A stretch of 64,000 bases of DNA from assembly GCA_045644685.1 (NCBI GenBank), contig JAZRHI010000015.1, forward strand, positions 76,095 through 140,094, in the 5' to 3' direction. The notes under the pieces are model-generated. The model was not told the origin of the DNA. It searched no databases and saw nothing but the letters and a program-made list of their open reading frames with translations. The stretch is from Candidatus Onthomorpha sp. Lineage in GTDB: Bacteria > Bacteroidota > Bacteroidia > Bacteroidales > P3. Below are positions 7,817-19,353 of this stretch, piece by piece. The position numbers were made by a program, and so were the translations under genes. Within the stretch, counting starts at the first letter, position 1; every line of letters starts with the position of its first letter.

Positions 7817-9106
7817 CTATGCTGCGTGGAAAAATAATGTGCTCATTAAATAGAATGTTCCTGCACCTGCAAGGTATCCTATCAAAGCCCAAAGTGTGAT
7901 TTTCTTCAAATACCAAATGAAGTCTATTTTTTCCATTCCCATAACTGCAACACCTGCTGCAGAACCAATGATTAACAAACTTCCTCCTGTACCTGCGCAG
8001 TATGCAAGGCCTTCCCAGAATGCTCCATCAACTGCAAAATTTCCTATTGCTTCAATTGGATACATTCCCATAGCGGCTGCAACCAATGGAACGTTGTCTA
8101 TGATAGATGAAAGCACACCTATAACTACGTTAATCACATAAACGTTTCCTAATTTATCAAGAGCTCCTGCTAATTGACCAAGATGACCTGCTTCATTCAA
8201 GCAACTAACTGCCATAAGAATACCTAAGAAGAATAAAACAGAAGGAACATCAACTTTTTGTATGATTGCAGTAACGTTTAATCTTGAATAATTTGTTGGA
8301 TTGTTCTTGTGCATAATTTCAGTCGTTATCCAAAGAATTCCTAATCCGAATAAAATTCCAAGATATGGAGGAAGGTGAGTTATAGTCTTAAAGAAAGGAA
8401 CGAATAACAATAATCCGACACCCATAATTAAGATTATCAAACTTTGTTTTCTTGTAACGCTTGAAGTACCTTCCGATTCTACTTTTTCAGGTCTTTCAAG
8501 TTTTCCTTTCATTGTCGTACCTATAATTGCAACTGGCACAAGTAATGAAACCAATGAAGGAATGAATGTTTCTAATATAATGTTTCCTGCTGTGATGTTA
8601 CCTTTTATCCAAAGCATAATAGTAGTTACGTCTCCGATTGGCGACCATGCACCACCGGCATTCGCAGCAAGAATTACCATACCTGCAAAAAACCAACGTG
8701 TGTTTTTGTCTCCAACAAGTTTTCTAAGCAATGCACACATAACAATCGAAGTTGTTAGATTGTCAAGCACAGCTGACATGAAGAATGTAAGGATAGAAAT
8801 AATCCACAACAACTTTCTTTTGCTTGTTGTTGTGATTTTGTCTGTGATAATTGAGAAACCGTCGTGTTTATCTACGATTTCAACAATTGTCATCGCACCT
8901 AAGAGGAAGAAAAGTATTTCTGCTGTTTCCCCAAGGTGATGAATCAAAGCGCCGTCTTTGATTCCTGGTCCGAATAGAGCAAATACTGCCCATATTACTG
9001 CTGCTAATAATACTGCTGTTGCAGATTTGTTAATTTTTAACGGGTGTTCCAACGCTATCATGGCATATCCTATGACAAAGATAGCAATCATCAGTCCGAA
9101 ATACAT
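7817..9106 (-). CDS. nhaD: NhaD/ArsB-superfamily Na+/H+ antiporter
   Basis: 429 aa, about 11-12 TM helices. Contains the FFLLGAMTIVEIVDKHDGF segment characteristic of NhaD-type antiporters. Confidence 0.7.
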   Translation of the reverse strand: MYFGLMIAIFVIGYAMIALEHPLKINKSATAVLLAAVIWAVFALFGPGIKDGALIHHLGETAEILFFLLGAMTIVEIVDKHDGFSIITDKITTTSKRKLLWIISILTFFMSAVLDNLTTSIVMCALLRKLVGDKNTRWFFAGMVILAANAGGAWSPIGDVTTIMLWIKGNITAGNIILETFIPSLVSLLVPVAIIGTTMKGKLERPEKVESEGTSSVTRKQSLIILIMGVGLLLFVPFFKTITHLPPYLGILFGLGILWITTEIMHKNNPTNYSRLNVTAIIQKVDVPSVLFFLGILMAVSCLNEAGHLGQLAGALDKLGNVYVINVVIGVLSSIIDNVPLVAAAMGMYPIEAIGNFAVDGAFWEGLAYCAGTGGSLLIIGSAAGVAVMGMEKIDFIWYLKKITLWALIGYLAGAGTFYLMSTLFFHAA

Positions 9107-9149
9107 GATACTTGTTTTTTAGTTAATAATTTATTTATTTTTTGGTTTA

Positions 9150-11123
9150 TTATTTTCTTCTTTGTTGTTGCTTTTGTCTTTCTGCAAGTATGGCTTGATT
9201 TTGTTTTTCTAAGGCTTCTATTCTTTGTTGCCATTTTGATTTCTTTAATGGCTTCTTTGCGTTTGCTTCTAAACGTTGCAACACTTTTTTCTCGTCAATT
9301 GTTTTTCTGATTATAAACATTTGCAAGAATGTAAAGCACAATGAAATGAAGTAATAGTAGTTTAAGGCTGCCGAGAAGCTGTTAAAGATAAACAACATCA
9401 TAATTGGCATAAAGTACATCATAAATTTCATTCCAGGCATCGTTTGTGTTTGCGCTTGTTGTTTCATTGAAATGTGTGTGTACACAAGTTGTGCTACTGT
9501 CATAAGTAAACAGAACAAAGAAATATGGTTTCCATAGAACGGAATATTGAATGGTAAATTCAAAATCGAATCGTAAGTTGATAAGTCATCAGCCCAAAGG
9601 AACGATTGTTGTCTTAACTCAATTGAAGCTGGGAAGAAACGGAACATAGCAACCAAAATAGGGAATTGAATCAACATTGGCAAACATCCAGCCATAGGTT
9701 TAATTCCCGCTCTCTTGTAAAGATTCATCACAGCCTGTTGTTTTTGCATTGCTTGTTCTTGTTTAGGATATTTTTCGTTGATTTTTTGAACCTCAGGTGC
9801 GATAACTTTCATTTTAGCCGTAGAGGCAAATTGTTTATATGCTAATGGGAATAACACAATCTTTACAAGAATTGTAAGAATCAAGATAATCAATCCCATA
9901 CTCCAACCAAAACTTTGTAAAAAGTCAAAGACAGGAATAATTACGAAACGATTTATCCATTGAAGTAAGAAAAATCCCCAGCCAAGTGGTATTATTTCTT
10001 CCATTTGCATGTTGTAGTCGCTAATAATTGCGTATTTGTTAGGTCCAAAGAAGAATTCCATATCGTATTCGTAGTGATTTTTTTCTTTGTTGTAAGGAAT
10101 GCTAATGTTAGAAGACATTGTACGAAGGTAATTGTCCTTTTCGCCTTTTTCTGTCTGAGTTTGCATTGTAGAAGATATGAATCCCTCACCTGTTGTTGCG
10201 ATTAGGGCTGTTGAAAAGAATTGTTGCTTATAAGAAATCCATTTAATAGGAACTCCATTCTCTTCTTTCTTGTCATCAACTCCGTTTTCCTTCAAATATT
10301 CTACTTCATCTTTTAGTAGATAGTAAAGAGATGTGCTTTTGTTTTCAACACTTCCGTCTTTTTCTTTCATTCTTAATTTAGATTCCCATACGAATTCTAA
10401 ATTGCTATCGTCATTTATTACTTCATTTAGGTTGTGTGATATGATATCAAAGCCAACTCTATAATCGTTTCCTTTGATTGTGTAACGATATTCAAGGAAT
10501 GAGGCGTCTTTTGAAACAGAATCTAATTGGTTTGCATAAATACGCATGCTAACTACGACAGAGTCGTTAGTGTTTACTTTGATTGGTGTGCTCTTGTCGT
10601 AGATTTGATTATTAACTAATAGCTCGAAGTTAATTTCTCTTGTTTGTAATAGTTTTGAACCTAAGGAAAGATTTAATCCGTAATTGTTTCCGCCTTTTGT
10701 AAAGAACCTTACGCTATCTTGATAGTAGGTTTTGTATTCTGAAAGATAGACTTGTTCAATTTTTCCTCCTAATGTGTTGAACTCAATGCGGAATAGGTCG
10801 TTTTCTACAAATAAATGTTTTTCGGGATTTAAAGCTGCTTGTGAGAATGCTCCAAAATAATATTCTAATTCTTTTTGTGCGTTAGCTGCTAAGGAGTCTT
10901 CTCCTTTTGCTGCTTTGATAATTTGTTTTAGTTCTTGTTCTTTTGTGATAGGATTGGCAGTTGCTTTTAGGGCTTCTTTACTTTCTTTTTTTTGTACAGC
11001 TAATACTGAATCTTGTTTTCGTTTTATTTCTGCTCTTTCTTCTTCTGAGGGTTGTACCATATACATCCACGCAGTCATAACAGCAAAAATCAAAACTAAT
11101 CCAATAATCGTCTTTTTGTCCAT
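9150..11123 (-). CDS. yidC: Membrane protein insertase YidC (long Bacteroidota form)
   Basis: 657 aa. N-terminal TM helix, large periplasmic domain, and a C-terminal YidC/Oxa1 core (LFPLAYKQFASTAKMKVIAPEVQKINEKY..., MAGCLPMLIQFPILVAMF). Confidence 0.9.
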   Translation of the reverse strand: MDKKTIIGLVLIFAVMTAWMYMVQPSEEERAEIKRKQDSVLAVQKKESKEALKATANPITKEQELKQIIKAAKGEDSLAANAQKELEYYFGAFSQAALNPEKHLFVENDLFRIEFNTLGGKIEQVYLSEYKTYYQDSVRFFTKGGNNYGLNLSLGSKLLQTREINFELLVNNQIYDKSTPIKVNTNDSVVVSMRIYANQLDSVSKDASFLEYRYTIKGNDYRVGFDIISHNLNEVINDDSNLEFVWESKLRMKEKDGSVENKSTSLYYLLKDEVEYLKENGVDDKKEENGVPIKWISYKQQFFSTALIATTGEGFISSTMQTQTEKGEKDNYLRTMSSNISIPYNKEKNHYEYDMEFFFGPNKYAIISDYNMQMEEIIPLGWGFFLLQWINRFVIIPVFDFLQSFGWSMGLIILILTILVKIVLFPLAYKQFASTAKMKVIAPEVQKINEKYPKQEQAMQKQQAVMNLYKRAGIKPMAGCLPMLIQFPILVAMFRFFPASIELRQQSFLWADDLSTYDSILNLPFNIPFYGNHISLFCLLMTVAQLVYTHISMKQQAQTQTMPGMKFMMYFMPIMMLFIFNSFSAALNYYYFISLCFTFLQMFIIRKTIDEKKVLQRLEANAKKPLKKSKWQQRIEALEKQNQAILAERQKQQQRRK

Positions 11124-11177
11124 GTTGATTTATTATTTTTATGTATTATTCTAATTTTTTTATCGCAAACAAAGTCG

Positions 11178-11185
11178 CAAAGGTA
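11178..11185 (-). promoter_or_regulatory. -7 box (TACCTTTG) for yidC
   Basis: Reverse complement of caaaggta. About 55 nt upstream of ATG 11123. Confidence 0.45.
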
Positions 11186-11230
11186 CTAAAAAAAGAATTT
11201 ACACCGCAATTTTTTACGGTTTTTATTTTT

Positions 11231-12535
11231 TTATTTCTTAATAAAGATTTTAGATTTGCTCATCCACATCATTAACAAACTTCTTCCTGATAAGTAAATT
11301 AGAAAGGCTAACCATAGGGCGTTGTTGCCAATTAAAGGGGTGAGAGTGAAATATATAAGAAAAAAAAGTAGGGTTGAAATAAAGATTGCATTTCTCATTA
11401 TAACAGATTCTGTTAATCCGATAAGAATTCCGTCATATAGGAAAGCGATAAAGCCGGTTATAGGAATTAGTAAAATCCAGTAAAGGAATTTTGTAGAATA
11501 TTCAAGAACGTCTTTATTATCTGTAAATATCATTAAGATGTTTTCGCCAAAAATGGCATATATAATAATGAATAGAATTGATATTGCACTACCCCACAAA
11601 AGGAAGCGTTTGACATAGTTCTTTAATAGGTTGTAATTGTTTTCGCCTTTGGCTTTTCCGCAGAGAGATTCGGCAGCGTAGGCAAATCCGTCCATGAAAT
11701 AGGAGAATAGGGTAAAGAATTGCATTAAAAGGGTGTTCATTGCTAAGGTCGGATATGGCATTTTGGTAGATGCTATGGTGAAATAGCTTGTTACTATTAT
11801 CAAACAGAGTGTTCTTAGAAAGATATCGGAATTTACTTTGAAGAATAGTTTCATCTTTTCTAAGGAAAGGGCTTTTTTTAGGTTGAAATATTTTGTTATG
11901 TTTCCGTATTTCTTTCTCCATATTATGAGTGTGGTAATCAATCCTCCGTATTGTGCTATCACTGTGCCTAAGGCTACTCCTTTTATCGACATATTGCAAT
12001 AGAATACAAGGATGAAGCTGAATGCTATGTTGAGTATGTTGATTATTATCGAAATCCACATCGGGTTTTTCGAGTCTTGCATTCCTATGAACCAGCCTTT
12101 GAGTGCGTACATGCCGAGTGTGGCTGGCGCTGCCCAGATTCTGATTGAGAAATAGCTGAGTGCTAATGCTCCGACTGAGTTTTTGTCTTCTATTAGCATG
12201 AGAGAGAGTTTGCCGATGGGCTTTTGGAAGACTATTAGTAAGAATGCGGCTGCGATTGCAATGAAGCTTGCTCTTAAAAGTATGTTTGCTTGTTCTTGAA
12301 CGTCTTTTGAGCCGTATGCTTGTGCGGTAAATCCGCTTGTTCCCATTCTTAGAAATCCGAAGTTCCAATAAATGATATTGAAAATCATGGTTCCAACGGC
12401 TATTGCTCCAATATAGTCTATGCCGTCGCCATTATTTAGGTGTCCAACAATGGCTGTATCGACCATTCCTAAAAGAGGAACGGTTATGTTGGTGATAATG
12501 TTTGGTATTGCTAATCTTAGGATTTGCTTGTTCAT
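11231..12535 (-). CDS. MATE-family efflux transporter
   Basis: 434 aa, 12 predicted TM helices. N-terminus ILRLAIPNIITNITVPLLGMVDTAIVGHL is typical MATE. The start shares one nt (TAATG) with the upstream gene's stop. Confidence 0.85.
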   Translation of the reverse strand: MNKQILRLAIPNIITNITVPLLGMVDTAIVGHLNNGDGIDYIGAIAVGTMIFNIIYWNFGFLRMGTSGFTAQAYGSKDVQEQANILLRASFIAIAAAFLLIVFQKPIGKLSLMLIEDKNSVGALALSYFSIRIWAAPATLGMYALKGWFIGMQDSKNPMWISIIINILNIAFSFILVFYCNMSIKGVALGTVIAQYGGLITTLIIWRKKYGNITKYFNLKKALSLEKMKLFFKVNSDIFLRTLCLIIVTSYFTIASTKMPYPTLAMNTLLMQFFTLFSYFMDGFAYAAESLCGKAKGENNYNLLKNYVKRFLLWGSAISILFIIIYAIFGENILMIFTDNKDVLEYSTKFLYWILLIPITGFIAFLYDGILIGLTESVIMRNAIFISTLLFFLIYFTLTPLIGNNALWLAFLIYLSGRSLLMMWMSKSKIFIKK

Positions 12536-13248
12536 TATTTCTTTTTTGAAAATAATGAGGTGTAGTATTTATAGTGCCATATAATATGTATAAGGGCGAT
12601 AATCGTCATGGCAATTCCAAATTCAACGTGCCATTTCAAAAAGTCTCTATACCAATCCATGCAGAAACCATAGTTTATCTGTAATGCCAAAATAAATCCC
12701 AATAGACAAGAAACTAAGAATGTTAAAAGAAGAATTACATTCCATAGTTTTCTGTGAGTAAGCTTTTTTATCTTGTTTGTTTTGACTAAGATATAGGTTG
12801 TAAGGTAAGCAATCAAAACGGCAATCGTTATGGCAATTATGCGATATGGCTTCTTTGATTTTTTTTCCTTAGGTTTAGAAAAATTTTCCTTAGGAATATT
12901 TTTTTCTTCCTTAGGAATAATTTTTTCTTCCTTAGAGATATTTTTTTCTGTCTTTACAACGTCTTTTTCTTGTGTAGAAATTGTTGTTTTCTTTGGTGTG
13001 ATTTCTATTTCTTTTTTTGTTTCAATCGGTGCAACCTCTGTTTGAGTTTCTGTTGTTGGCTCTTGGCTTTGGGTTAATCCGTTGTCGCAAAATGAATCTT
13101 CGTTTTCATCAATAAATCTGCCACACTCGCCTAAACAATTATACTTTTCGCCAAATGGACATTGTGCTTCAAGCGATAGAAATGCGAAAGAAAATAACGC
13201 AAAGCATAAAAGCGATAATAATCTCTTTGATTTAGTATTGGTTTTCAT
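12535..13248 (-). CDS. Hypothetical membrane protein (signal peptide, Cys-rich module, K/E-rich heptad linker, C-terminal TM helices)
   Basis: 237 aa. MKTNTKSKRLLSLLCFALFSFAFLSLEA signal and a CPFGEKYNCLGECGRFIDENEDSFCDNG module. The linker ISKEEKIIPKEEKNIPKENFSKPKEKK is encoded by mini-array C. Three hydrophobic helices at the C-terminus. Confidence 0.6.
   Translation of the reverse strand: MKTNTKSKRLLSLLCFALFSFAFLSLEAQCPFGEKYNCLGECGRFIDENEDSFCDNGLTQSQEPTTETQTEVAPIETKKEIEITPKKTTISTQEKDVVKTEKNISKEEKIIPKEEKNIPKENFSKPKEKKSKKPYRIIAITIAVLIAYLTTYILVKTNKIKKLTHRKLWNVILLLTFLVSCLLGFILALQINYGFCMDWYRDFLKWHVEFGIAMTIIALIHIIWHYKYYTSLFSKKK
12860..12943. repeat. 21-nt-phased CTWAG mini-array C (4 units) inside a CDS
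   Basis: CTTAG at 12868-12872, 12889-12893, 12910-12914 and 12931-12935. Read in frame on the minus strand (CCT AAG = Pro-Lys) as heptads of the 237-aa membrane protein. Confidence 0.9.
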
Positions 13249-13270
13249 TATATCAATTTTTATTTTTTTG

Positions 13271-13278
13271 CAAAGATA
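13271..13278 (-). promoter_or_regulatory. -7 box (TATCTTTG) for the 237-aa protein/MATE operon
   Basis: Reverse complement of caaagata. About 23 nt upstream of ATG 13248. Confidence 0.5.
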
Positions 13279-13440
13279 AAGTTAAAACTAATATTTTGAT
13301 GTATTTATCCCGTATTTGAAAGAATTATTTTAAGGTTAAAAGGTTGATTATTTGTGTTGTAAAAAAATATGTTTATAAAAAAATCTAAGAAAACACGATT
13401 TTATTCAATTAAAAAGTGTATATTCGCAAACTGAATTTAA

Positions 13441-14970
<1,530 letters not shown>

Positions 14971-14981
14971 AAAGCAATAAT

Positions 14982-15218
14982 ATGAAATTAAGTATAGTAA
15001 GTCCAGAAGAAACTCTTTACGAAGGGGAAGTGAAATCGGTAAAGATGCAGGGAATTGATGGGAAATTCCAAGTGTTAAACAATCATGCTCCTTTGATTTC
15101 GGCTTTAAGCAAAGGCGAAATCAAGATAGAGGAAGAGTCTGGCGAGCAAAAAACTTTTGAAATTAACAGCGGATTGGTAGAACTTTCTAAGAACGAGATT
15201 CAGATTTTAGCTCAATAG
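14982..15218 (+). CDS. atpC: F1 ATP synthase subunit epsilon (short form, beta-sandwich only)
   Basis: 78 aa directly after atpD. MKLSIVSPEETLYEGEVKSVKMQGIDGKFQVLNNHAPLIS is the epsilon N-domain. Confidence 0.85.
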   Translation: MKLSIVSPEETLYEGEVKSVKMQGIDGKFQVLNNHAPLISALSKGEIKIEEESGEQKTFEINSGLVELSKNEIQILAQ

Positions 15219-15381
15219 GTTGAGCATATAGAGATAGACAATCTTCACAAAGACATTCAGTCCATTTTGATTGGATGTCTTTTTTACTTTCTATACTTAA
15301 ATGATATTTTGTGCAAAAACAATTTTCATCATGCGAACATACAAAGTGTTTTCCGCATCTTGGACAAATAACTTCTCTCAT
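15187..15381 (-). CDS. Cysteine-rich CWC-family small protein
   Basis: 64 aa with CPRCG...C...CFC...C.C..C cysteine spacing. 6 nt downstream of the sigma-54 activator gene. Overlaps the atpC 3' end by 32 nt in convergent orientation. Confidence 0.55.
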   Translation of the reverse strand: MREVICPRCGKHFVCSHDENCFCTKYHLSIESKKDIQSKWTECLCEDCLSLYAQPIELKSESRS

Positions 15382-15387
15382 AATATT

Positions 15388-16725
15388 TTACAATCTTTCG
15401 TCTTGAATCATGGAATAAATCTTCGTTTTGCTGATTCTTAGTTTGTCTGCAACTAATCTTACTTTATTGTTATATTTATTTAAAAAGTGCTTTATGATAA
15501 TCGCTTCATAAGCTTCTAAGGTGCGTTCTACGTCTAATAAATCGCGTTTTTTATCAATGCTAACCTTTAATGAAAGGTCTTCTTTGTTTATTATATTATT
15601 GTTGCATAACACAACAGCTAGTTCCATTATAGATTTTAATTCTCTAATGTTACCAGGGAAGTGATAGTTCATTAAAGCGTCTTCTGCAAACTCGGAAAGA
15701 TGACAGATTGCCATTTTATTCTTTGCACAAAAGTCTGTGATAAACATATTAGCTAATGATAAAATGTCTTCGCCTCTTTGGCTAAGTTTTGGAACGTTAA
15801 TAGTCAATCCCATTAAACGGTAATATAAATCTTCTCTGAATAGATTTTTTTCAATCAAACTATTCATGTCTATATGGGTTGCGATAATTATTCTGACATT
15901 TACGGCAATCTCTCCATTACCTCCAAGCCTTGTGATACGCCCTTCTTGCACTGCTCTGAGTAACTTAACTTGCATTTTTAAATCCATATCACCTATTTCA
16001 TCCAAGAAAAGAGTTCCGTTATTGGCTTCTTCAAAAAAACCTATACGTTTTGATGTCGCTCCTGTAAATGCGCCCTTCTCGTGTCCAAAGAATAGACTTT
16101 CTGCTAAATCATTAGGGATTGCGGCAACATTTACGGCAACAAAAGGGTAGGTTGCCCTATTTGAAAGTTTATGTATTTGTTTTGCTATAACATCTTTACC
16201 TGTTCCTGTTTCTCCGTAAATACATACATTTATATCTGACGATGCTGCTTTTTCAATTAAACGATTTACTTCCTGCATAACATGAGAATTAGCAATAAAG
16301 GAAGTTTTGTCTTCAATAGAGGCAAGCTTCTTTTTTAGTTTGCTTTCATTGTATATATTAACTAAATGATTCCACACCATATCTAATAGGATAGGAGATG
16401 TCCTTATTATATCTACTACATTAGGCTCTAATAAAATATCCTTTGAACGTAAGATAAAATCTTCTGGAACTATACATAAAATCTTTGAGTCTTTGTAATT
16501 TTTTCTCAATAATTCAATTAACTCAGAAGAAGATATGGTATTGCTAAAATTATAATAAAGGATTAGACTATCAATAGAAGAAGAATTCTTAGGAGTCTTT
16601 AATTCCTTTATTACATCCTTGCTCCAAGAACAAGTCCAAGAAGAGTTACAATCTAATTTGTGGGCAATGCTACCCCCAATTTTAAAGTCTTCTATAAGAA
16701 TCTTAACGGTAAACTTTTGATTCAT
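15388..16725 (-). CDS. Sigma-54-dependent transcriptional activator (bEBP) with atypical N-terminal domain
   Basis: 445 aa. AAA+ core with Walker A GETGTGKD and the GAFTGA motif (FGHEKGAFTGA). C-terminal Fis-type HTH (RLVADKLRISKTKIYSMI). Confidence 0.85.
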   Translation of the reverse strand: MNQKFTVKILIEDFKIGGSIAHKLDCNSSWTCSWSKDVIKELKTPKNSSSIDSLILYYNFSNTISSSELIELLRKNYKDSKILCIVPEDFILRSKDILLEPNVVDIIRTSPILLDMVWNHLVNIYNESKLKKKLASIEDKTSFIANSHVMQEVNRLIEKAASSDINVCIYGETGTGKDVIAKQIHKLSNRATYPFVAVNVAAIPNDLAESLFFGHEKGAFTGATSKRIGFFEEANNGTLFLDEIGDMDLKMQVKLLRAVQEGRITRLGGNGEIAVNVRIIIATHIDMNSLIEKNLFREDLYYRLMGLTINVPKLSQRGEDILSLANMFITDFCAKNKMAICHLSEFAEDALMNYHFPGNIRELKSIMELAVVLCNNNIINKEDLSLKVSIDKKRDLLDVERTLEAYEAIIIKHFLNKYNNKVRLVADKLRISKTKIYSMIQDERL

Positions 16726-16839
16726 AAAAATGCTAATGAATTATCAATAATGGCTGGCAAAAATATATAAATGCTTGTGAAAAAACAAACAATTCTTAGA
16801 AAAAGCGTCAATTTTATTGGTAAGTTCAAAATAAACAAG

Positions 16840-16847
16840 TAACTTTG
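16840..16847 (+). promoter_or_regulatory. -7 box (TAACTTTG) with upstream TTG for the mutase gene
   Basis: TAACTTTG at 16840-16847. TTG at 16817-16819 gives the ~20-nt spacer expected for TTG-N19-21-TAnnTTTG. ATG at 16891. Confidence 0.55.
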
Positions 16848-16890
16848 CACGCTAAATAGTGTTTGAAGTAAAAATAAAAAATAAGTATAG

Positions 16891-19041
16891 ATGAGACCAA
16901 ATTTTACAAACATCGATTTCAAATCATTTGCACCAGCAACTGATTTTGGAGCATGGGAAAAAGAAGTTGGTAATGCAAAGAATTGGATTACAACAGAACA
17001 AATTGGAGTAAAGCCTGTCTATGGAAAAGCAGACTTAGAAGGTATGGAACACCTAAATTACGCAGCAGGTATAGCGCCAAACTTACGTGGGCCATATTCA
17101 ACTATGTATGTGATGAGACCTTGGACAGTTCGTCAATATGCAGGCTTCTCAACAGCAGAAGAATCTAACGCATTCTATCGTCGTAACATAGCAGCAGGAC
17201 AAAAAGGTTTGTCTTGTGCGTTTGACCTTGCTACACACCGTGGATATGACGCGGATCACGAAAGAGTAGTTGGAGACGTAGGGAAAGCAGGTGTTAGTAT
17301 TTGTTCAATAGAAGACATGAAAATTCTATTTGATCAAATTCCATTGGATAAAATGTCTGTTTCAATGACTATGAACGGAGCAGTATTGCCTATTCTTTCG
17401 TTCTACATTATTGCAGCCGAAGAACAAGGAGTTTCAATGGATAAATTATCAGGTACAATCCAAAACGATATTTTAAAAGAGTTTATGGTGCGTAACACAT
17501 ACATTTATCCACCAAAACCATCTATGAAAATCATAGCAGACATCTTTGAATTCACTTCAAAGAATATGCCAAAATTCAACTCTATTTCTATTTCAGGTTA
17601 CCACATGCAAGAAGCAGGTGCAACATGCGATATAGAAATGGCATATACTCTTGCAGACGGATTGGAATACCTAAGAGCAGGTATCAATGCAGGTATGAGC
17701 GTTGACCAATTCGCACCAAGACTATCATTCTTCTGGGCAATCGGAATGAATCACTTTATGGAAATTGCGAAAATGCGTGCAGCAAGAATGTTATGGGCTA
17801 AATTAGTAAAACAATTCAACCCACAAAATCCAAAATCACTTGCTTTACGTACACACAGCCAAACATCAGGTTGGTCATTAACAGAACAAGATCCATTCAA
17901 CAACGTAGGAAGAACATGTATCGAAGCCTTAGGAGCAGCACTTGGACACACACAATCACTTCACACTAACGCACTTGACGAAGCGATTGCACTTCCAACA
18001 GACTTCTCAGCTCGTATTGCACGTAACACACAAATCTACTTGCAAGAAGAAACAAATATTTGTAGAAGCGTTGACCCATGGGCAGGAAGCTACTATGTAG
18101 AAAGTTTAACTCACGAAATAGCACACAAAGCTTGGGGACATATTCAAGAAGTTGAAAAGCTTGGTGGTATGGCAGCTGCAATTGAAAGCGGTATTCCTAA
18201 GATGAGAATTGAAGAAGCTTCTGCAAGAAAACAAGCAAGAATAGACTCACAAAAAGATACTATACTTGGAGTAAACAAATATCGTCTTGCAAAAGAAGAT
18301 CAAATTGATACATTAGAAATTGATAACACAGCAGTAAGAGAACAACAAATTAAACGTTTAGCAGAGTTAAGAGCAAACAGAAATGAAGCAGATGTACAAT
18401 CAGCATTAGAAGCTTTATCAAATGTAGCTGCTACAGGAAAAGGTAATTTGTTAGAATACTCAGTAGATGCAGCAAGAAAACGTGCATCATTAGGAGAAAT
18501 CTCTTACGCATTAGAAAAACATTTTGGACGTTATAAAGCAAAAATAAATCTTATATCAGGAGTGTATAGCGCAGACGCAAAAGACAACGCAAGCTTCAAA
18601 AAAGCACAAGAGCTTTGTGAAGAATTTGCAAAATTAGAAGGTAGACAACCTCGTATTATGATAGCAAAAATGGGACAAGATGGCCACGACAGAGGTGCAA
18701 AAGTAGTAGCAACAGGATATGCTGACTTAGGCTTCGACGTAGATATGGGACCATTGTTCCAAACTCCTGCAGAAAGTGCAAAACAAGCCGTAGAAAATGA
18801 CGTACACATAGTTGGAGTATCTTCATTAGCAGCAGGACACAAAACATTAGTGCCACAAATCATAGAAGAGTTAAAGAAACTTGGCAGAGAAGATATAATG
18901 GTTGTAGTAGGTGGTGTAATCCCTCCACAAGATTATGACTTCTTATACAAAGCAGGAGCTGCTGCAATCTTCGGACCAGGTTCTATTATCTCTGAAAGCG
19001 CAAGCAAAATGTTAGAACTTCTTTTAGAAGCAAGAAAATAA
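16891..19041 (+). CDS. Methylmalonyl-CoA mutase, single-chain (catalytic barrel plus B12-binding domain)
   Basis: 716 aa. N-terminus is typical MCM large subunit. C-terminal cobalamin-binding DxHxxG motif ([11 protein letters not shown]). Confidence 0.9.
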   Translation: MRPNFTNIDFKSFAPATDFGAWEKEVGNAKNWITTEQIGVKPVYGKADLEGMEHLNYAAGIAPNLRGPYSTMYVMRPWTVRQYAGFSTAEESNAFYRRNIAAGQKGLSCAFDLATHRGYDADHERVVGDVGKAGVSICSIEDMKILFDQIPLDKMSVSMTMNGAVLPILSFYIIAAEEQGVSMDKLSGTIQNDILKEFMVRNTYIYPPKPSMKIIADIFEFTSKNMPKFNSISISGYHMQEAGATCDIEMAYTLADGLEYLRAGINAGMSVDQFAPRLSFFWAIGMNHFMEIAKMRAARMLWAKLVKQFNPQNPKSLALRTHSQTSGWSLTEQDPFNNVGRTCIEALGAALGHTQSLHTNALDEAIALPTDFSARIARNTQIYLQEETNICRSVDPWAGSYYVESLTHEIAHKAWGHIQEVEKLGGMAAAIESGIPKMRIEEASARKQARIDSQKDTILGVNKYRLAKEDQIDTLEIDNTAVREQQIKRLAELRANRNEADVQSALEALSNVAATGKGNLLEYSVDAARKRASLGEISYALEKHFGRYKAKINLISGVYSADAKDNASFKKAQELCEEFAKLEGRQPRIMIAKMGQDGHDRGAKVVATGYADLGFDVDMGPLFQTPAESAKQAVENDVHIVGVSSLAAGHKTLVPQIIEELKKLGREDIMVVVGGVIPPQDYDFLYKAGAAAIFGPGSIISESASKMLELLLEARK

Positions 19042-19076
19042 GAAGAAGAAAAATAAAACATTCTTTTCAGAAATCA

Positions 19077-19118
19077 AAAGCCCAAAAGAATTTTGTCTTT
19101 TGGGCTTTTATTTTTTTT
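19077..19118 (+). terminator. Intrinsic terminator of the methylmalonyl-CoA mutase gene
   Basis: 13-bp stem AAAGCCCAAAAGA 19077-19089 with TCTTTTGGGCTTT 19096-19108, 6-nt loop, then TATTTTTTTT. Confidence 0.85.
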
Positions 19119-19134
19119 ACTCTTTGTTTCCGTA

Positions 19135-19197
19135 AAATAATCCTAAGAAATAAAAAATTAAACCTAAGGAAGAAAAAAATATTCCTTAGGAAAAAAA
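19135..19197. repeat. 21-nt-phased CTWAG mini-array D (3 units)
   Basis: CTAAG 19143-19147, CTAAG 19164-19168, CTTAG 19185-19189. Starts about 17 nt after the mutase terminator. A degenerate CTTTG sits in register at 19122-19126. Confidence 0.85.
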
Positions 19198-19353
19198 ACT
19201 TCAAAAAAGTATGTGCATATATAAACAATAGACAATCTAATAATTTCCTTTGAAATGATAGCGAAAGGTTGGGCTAACGCACGCGGTCATAAACACCCCG
19301 AAACAGTAAATATTGTTATGAAATAACCAACCATTCCATAAACGAAATAAAAA

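Noticed and set aside
11589-12368. 259-aa ORF in an alternative frame of the same strand inside the MATE transporter gene
   Set aside because: It lies entirely within a gene with clear MATE homology and TM structure. Its product is Arg/Ser/His-rich low-complexity sequence typical of off-frame reading.
13330-13389. Solo CTAAG/TTAAG motifs in the atpD upstream spacer as a further array; similar solos at 16795-16799 and 43920-43924
   Set aside because: Only single cores are present, with no partner at 21 nt. They may be eroded solo units (13385 and 43920 share CTAAGAAAACA), but the evidence is too thin to call.
16748-16778. TGGCTGGCAAAAATATATAAATGCTTG as a sigma-54 (-24/-12) promoter next to the bEBP gene
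   Set aside because: The GG-to-GC spacing is 17 nt against about 12 nt in TGGCAC-N5-TTGCW, so the elements are out of register.
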